NCBI GenBank assembly: GCA_934177485.1
Contig: CAKPPF010000002.1
Coordinates: forward strand, 75,188-139,187
From: an uncultured Clostridia bacterium
GTDB taxonomy: Bacteria > Bacillota > Clostridia > TANB77 > CAG-508
Direction of reading: 5' to 3'
DNA: 64,000 nt
The position numbers and the translations under genes are program-made. This document shows, one piece after another, positions 60,564 to 64,000 of this stretch. Position 1 is the first letter of the stretch. Each line of letters opens with the position of its first letter. The notes beneath the pieces are model-generated. The model ran no database searches. It saw nothing but the letters and a program-made list of their open reading frames with translations, and was not told the origin of the DNA.

Positions 60564-60590
60564 GGGCAGGTACACAAGACCTGCTTCTAC
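60564..60590. repeat. GC-rich palindromic element, copy c (GGGCAGGTACACAAGACCTGCTTCTAC)
   Basis: Same family and orientation as the other copies. It lies 13 nt from the partial 63-nt element copy at 60604. Confidence 0.55.
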
Positions 60591-60603
60591 AATACTTAAA
60601 TTT

Positions 60604-60626
60604 CAGAGGCAATAGCGATTGTAGCT
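60604..60626. repeat. Partial copy (3'-flank block only) of the 63-nt hairpin element
   Basis: CAGAGGCAATAGCGATTGTAGCT matches CAAAGGCAATAGCGATTATAGCA of copy 2. The hairpin part is absent. Confidence 0.55.
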
Positions 60627-60663
60627 TTTCATATAATAGGAAAGGAACAAATTTCTTTGTTCC

Positions 60664-61848
60664 CTATTCTCCACAAATATGTTTTCTTGTAAGTTCAAGT
60701 AAATTCAATTTTGAAAATCCAATTATTTGTGTTTTTGTTCTGTCCTTTTTTAATTCTTCACTTAAAATTTGTATTATTTTTTCTTTGTCTTCTTCTGATT
60801 TCATGTCTATATAGTCAATAATAATAATTCCACCTATATCGCGAATTTTTAACTGTTTTGCAATTTCTATACTTGCTTCTTTATTTACTTTATATATTGT
60901 TGTTTCTACATTATCAATTCCAATATATTTTCCAGAGTTAACATCTATTGCTGTTAACGCCTCTGTTTTATCTATTGTTATAAATCCTCCACATTTTAGC
61001 CATATTTTTCTTTTTTCTGATTTTTCTATTTGGCTAGCTAATGATGGCTTTATTTCAGCTATATCATCATCTATTAAGTTAACTTCTATGTTATTAACAT
61101 TAAATTCTTTTAGAGTTTTTAATATATATTCATAATCTTCTTTTGAATTAACCGTAATTTTTTCTAAATCTTTATCAACTAAGTCGATTAATAATTTTTT
61201 TATTACTGTGTGTGATTTATATATTAATTTTGGAGAACTACTATTTTTTATACTTTCGTTATATATTCTCCATATATTATTCCATTTATCTATTGAAATT
61301 TCTATATCTTTTTTTATTATTTCTTCTGTTTTGCCTTGAGCTGAAGTTCTGATTATTGCTCCACAATTTTGTGGCAGATACTTTTTAACTATTTGAGTTA
61401 ATCTCTCTTTTTCCGTTTCATCTGTAATTTTTTGTGATATTGTTACAATAGTAGTGTTAGGCATAAATACTATATATCTTGTATTTAATGATATATGAGT
61501 TGATACCTTTGCACCTTTTGATTGAGTAAAATCTCTTTTTACTTGAACTAAAATTGGCTCCCCAACTTTTAAAATTTCTTTAATTTTTATTTCTTGTTCT
61601 TTTTTTCCATCTTTAACATCCACCTTAGGAAGAATATCTTTTAGATGTATAAAAGTGTTCTTTTTTTGTCCAATATTTACAAAAGCAGATTGCATTCCTT
61701 GTAATACATTTTCAACTCTTCCAATATATATATTTCCTTCAATTCTATTTGTGTTATTATCTTCTTTGTATTTTTCTGCTAATTCACCATTTTCTAATAG
61801 CATTATTTGCTTTTCGTTGCTTTTTTTATTTATTACTAGCTCTTTCAT
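60664..61848 (-). CDS. rng: Rne/Rng-family ribonuclease (RNase G-like)
   Basis: 394 aa with the N-terminal S1 domain (GNIYIGRVENVLQGMQSAFVNIGQKKNTFIHL) and the catalytic region (ALTAIDVNSGKY...GGIIIIDYIDM). Confidence 0.8.
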   Translation of the reverse strand: MKELVINKKSNEKQIMLLENGELAEKYKEDNNTNRIEGNIYIGRVENVLQGMQSAFVNIGQKKNTFIHLKDILPKVDVKDGKKEQEIKIKEILKVGEPILVQVKRDFTQSKGAKVSTHISLNTRYIVFMPNTTIVTISQKITDETEKERLTQIVKKYLPQNCGAIIRTSAQGKTEEIIKKDIEISIDKWNNIWRIYNESIKNSSSPKLIYKSHTVIKKLLIDLVDKDLEKITVNSKEDYEYILKTLKEFNVNNIEVNLIDDDIAEIKPSLASQIEKSEKRKIWLKCGGFITIDKTEALTAIDVNSGKYIGIDNVETTIYKVNKEASIEIAKQLKIRDIGGIIIIDYIDMKSEEDKEKIIQILSEELKKDRTKTQIIGFSKLNLLELTRKHICGE

Positions 61849-61861
61849 TAAACTTCTCCTT

Positions 61862-62419
61862 TTAGTTGTACATGTTCATTGTATGGTCTACACCATTTTT
61901 TATAATGTCTATTACTGCTTCTGCAGCATTGTTTATTGGCTTTTTTAAGATATTATACTCTGCTTCTGGTATCTTTGTTAATATATAATTTAGTAAGTCA
62001 CCTTTAAATTCGGGTTGTCCTATTCCTATTCTAATTCTATAAAAGTTTTGGGTAGAAATTTGTTCAACAACAGATTTCATTCCATTATGAGTTCCTGCAC
62101 TACCTTTTTTTCTAATTTTAATTTTACCAGGTTCAACATCTAAGTCGTCATAAATTACAATTAACTTATTTTCGTCAATTTTATAAAAGTTTTTAAAGTC
62201 TCGCACAGCTTCTCCACTTAAGTTCATATATGTTTGTGGTTTTAATAAAATAACTTTTTCGTTTTCTATTTGACCTATTCCATATAAAGAATTAAATTTT
62301 TTCTTATTTACATTTATATTACATATTTCAGATATTCTATTTATTGCATCAAATCCCATATTATGTCTTGTTTGAGAATACTCTTCTTCTGGATTTCCTA
62401 GTCCTACTATTAAATACAT
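61862..62419 (-). CDS. pth: Peptidyl-tRNA hydrolase
   Basis: MYLIVGLGNPEEEYSQTRHNMGF...GTHNGMKS. Confidence 0.9.
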   Translation of the reverse strand: MYLIVGLGNPEEEYSQTRHNMGFDAINRISEICNINVNKKKFNSLYGIGQIENEKVILLKPQTYMNLSGEAVRDFKNFYKIDENKLIVIYDDLDVEPGKIKIRKKGSAGTHNGMKSVVEQISTQNFYRIRIGIGQPEFKGDLLNYILTKIPEAEYNILKKPINNAAEAVIDIIKNGVDHTMNMYN

Positions 62420-62683
62420 AATTTTTTTCCTCTTTTCAAATATATATTATTTTACACTGTTTTCGTTGTATTTACAAGTTTTATTTAAAAATAAAGTAAA
62501 ATTTGAATTTTACCTGCTTTAAAATTCTCCTTTTCGATTCCACACTTTCGCATAAATGTAACTGTAATGAAATGATAATTTCATTACAACAATAAAATAG
62601 TCAACTTTCTTCCTTTCTTTGAATTTTAGCCAAAAATAGTACCAACTTTTTTATAAGTTGGTACTCAAAGTATTTTCAATCTT

Positions 62684-63310
62684 TTATAATACATTTTTAT
62701 AGTATTCACATAGCATACATTGTCCATATTTTTTTGTATATTCTATATTATCTTTTAAACTTTTATTATTTAATGTAAATGCTTCTTCTATTTTTCCAGT
62801 TAATATCTTTTCATTAAAATTTTCTTTTAGTCTTGCTAATATAGCATTCATTTTGTCTATAAAAATATTACCTATGGGATTAATCATTTTCCAAGAGCAT
62901 AAGTAAATATTTCCTTCAATATCTAGGAAAAAATATGGATTTTCTTTAGTTTTTTCTGTATTCATACAATTTCCTTTTTTTATATTTTTTTTAATTTTAC
63001 TTAATTGATTTAAAGCTAATTCATAGTCTTCTCTGCTCAATGTTTTTTTAGCTAATTCCACATTATATAATTTTTGTATGTTATCAGTACAAACAAAAGA
63101 ATGTTTTAAATCATCGAAAACTGGTATTCCATCAATTATATTATTATTTTTACTAGCTAAAAAAAACTTTTCAATTATATTTTTATTATTATCCATGTGA
63201 ATACGACATATATAATTCTCATTAAAAGGCATATATTCTATAATATAATAGTTCTTGTCTAAAATTGTTATATAATTACCTTCTTCATTTAGAATAAAAG
63301 GGTTATTCAT
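62684..63310 (-). CDS. Hypothetical protein; the N-terminal half is paralogous to the adjacent DUF402-like protein, with an extra C-terminal domain
   Basis: 208 aa. NYYIIEYMPFNENYICRIHMDNNKN parallels NYFIVEVLPKNENYTMRIYFNEKKE in the neighbouring gene. I do not recognise the C-terminal ~90 aa (ends GQCMLCEYYKNVL). Confidence 0.4.
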   Translation of the reverse strand: MNNPFILNEEGNYITILDKNYYIIEYMPFNENYICRIHMDNNKNIIEKFFLASKNNNIIDGIPVFDDLKHSFVCTDNIQKLYNVELAKKTLSREDYELALNQLSKIKKNIKKGNCMNTEKTKENPYFFLDIEGNIYLCSWKMINPIGNIFIDKMNAILARLKENFNEKILTGKIEEAFTLNNKSLKDNIEYTKKYGQCMLCEYYKNVL

Positions 63311-63408
63311 ATCTATTATTTTTTTTATAACTAAACAAAAATTTCTTTCAATAAATATAGAAATTCTATATTTTTCTATGTCTTTTAAATAAGTGCTAGT
63401 TAAATATT

Positions 63409-63915
63409 TTATATTAAATATTTCTCCAAATCTAATTGCATATATTTATTGCTATTATTTTTTATACTTTGTAATAAATTTTCCTTAGTTTCATTAGCTA
63501 ACTCAAATTCTTCATTTGTTATTTTGTTTGTATCAAGAGCTTCTTTCAATTCATCTTCATCTAATATTTCAATTTTTTCGTTTTCAATAGTAATATCAGT
63601 ATATAAATCATCATAATATGGAATTTTACTTTCTTCGTCGATGCCATTTTTAAGGCTTATATCAAAATAATATCCCAATCTTTCTTTCTTTTCATTAAAA
63701 TAAATTCTCATTGTATAGTTTTCATTTTTAGGTAACACTTCAACAATGAAATAATTATTATCAATTAAACAAAGTCCAGTTGGAAGTACAAAAGGTTCAT
63801 TAGTATGTATAATCTTTTTTATTGCAAGATAATAATCATTATTATCATAATAAATATCTAATCTGTACTTATCAACATCTCTTAAATATGTTTTACTAAT
63901 CAATTTCTTTCTCAT
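63409..63915 (-). CDS. DUF402-like protein (putative nucleoside di/triphosphatase fold)
   Basis: 168 aa. The segment ...GYYFDISLKNGIDEESKIPYYDDLYTDITIE... fits the DUF402 pattern (Y.D..LD). Called by motif only. Confidence 0.5.
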   Translation of the reverse strand: MRKKLISKTYLRDVDKYRLDIYYDNNDYYLAIKKIIHTNEPFVLPTGLCLIDNNYFIVEVLPKNENYTMRIYFNEKKERLGYYFDISLKNGIDEESKIPYYDDLYTDITIENEKIEILDEDELKEALDTNKITNEEFELANETKENLLQSIKNNSNKYMQLDLEKYLI

Positions 63916-64000
63916 CTTCTATTTTTCCTCTTTTCTTTTTTATTCTATTACTTTCTATTTTGTAATCATATACATTATTATCTACAATCACATGGTATGT
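63896..64000 (-). CDS. 3' end of an unidentified gene entering from the right edge
   Basis: My own translation gives ...TYHVIVDNNVYDYKIESNRIKKKRGKIEDEKEID*. Its stop overlaps the start of the next gene by 20 nt, which suggests translational coupling. Confidence 0.3.
   Translation of the reverse strand, partial: TYHVIVDNNVYDYKIESNRIKKKRGKIEDEKEID

Overview
This is a strongly AT-rich chromosomal segment from a spore-forming, low-GC Firmicute, probably Clostridia-like. Supporting signs are a SpoIVFA/SpoIVFB-like pair, a CotF-like coat protein, a dockerin module, and cadherin-like and PEGA surface proteins. There are roughly 60 genes, mostly on the minus strand. Housekeeping blocks dominate: ylxM-ffh-rpsP-KH-rimM-trmD-rplS, rpsF-ssb-rpsR, queA-tgt, pflB-pflA, plus purB, secG, rnr, pth, rng, hpt and tsaE. 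Envelope functions include a dlt-like carrier-protein/MBOAT operon, a GH57 branching enzyme with a DUF4912 partner, a TetR-controlled MMPL/YhgE pair and several peptidoglycan hydrolases. I found one tRNA (Leu-CAA) and one probable yybP-ykoY Mn riboswitch in front of a P-type ATPase. The most unusual region is 48.9-53.4 kb, a decayed island at the 3' end of tRNA-Leu. It consists of three tandem cassettes, each bounded by a nearly identical ~170-190 bp module that re-creates the tRNA 3' end and carries a 113-nt highly structured core. The cargo is orphan immunity-like genes, 5'-truncated mob and dinD-like remnants, and a type-I-toxin-like module; no recombinase is visible. Two other dispersed intergenic element families are not explained by genes. 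One is a 63-nt hairpin element with compensatory stem changes (3 full copies plus 1 partial). The other is a GC-rich palindrome (5 copies, all in the same orientation, one inside a coding 5' end). I saw no CRISPR array, IS element, prophage or rRNA. All protein family calls come from motif recognition by eye, not from database searches.
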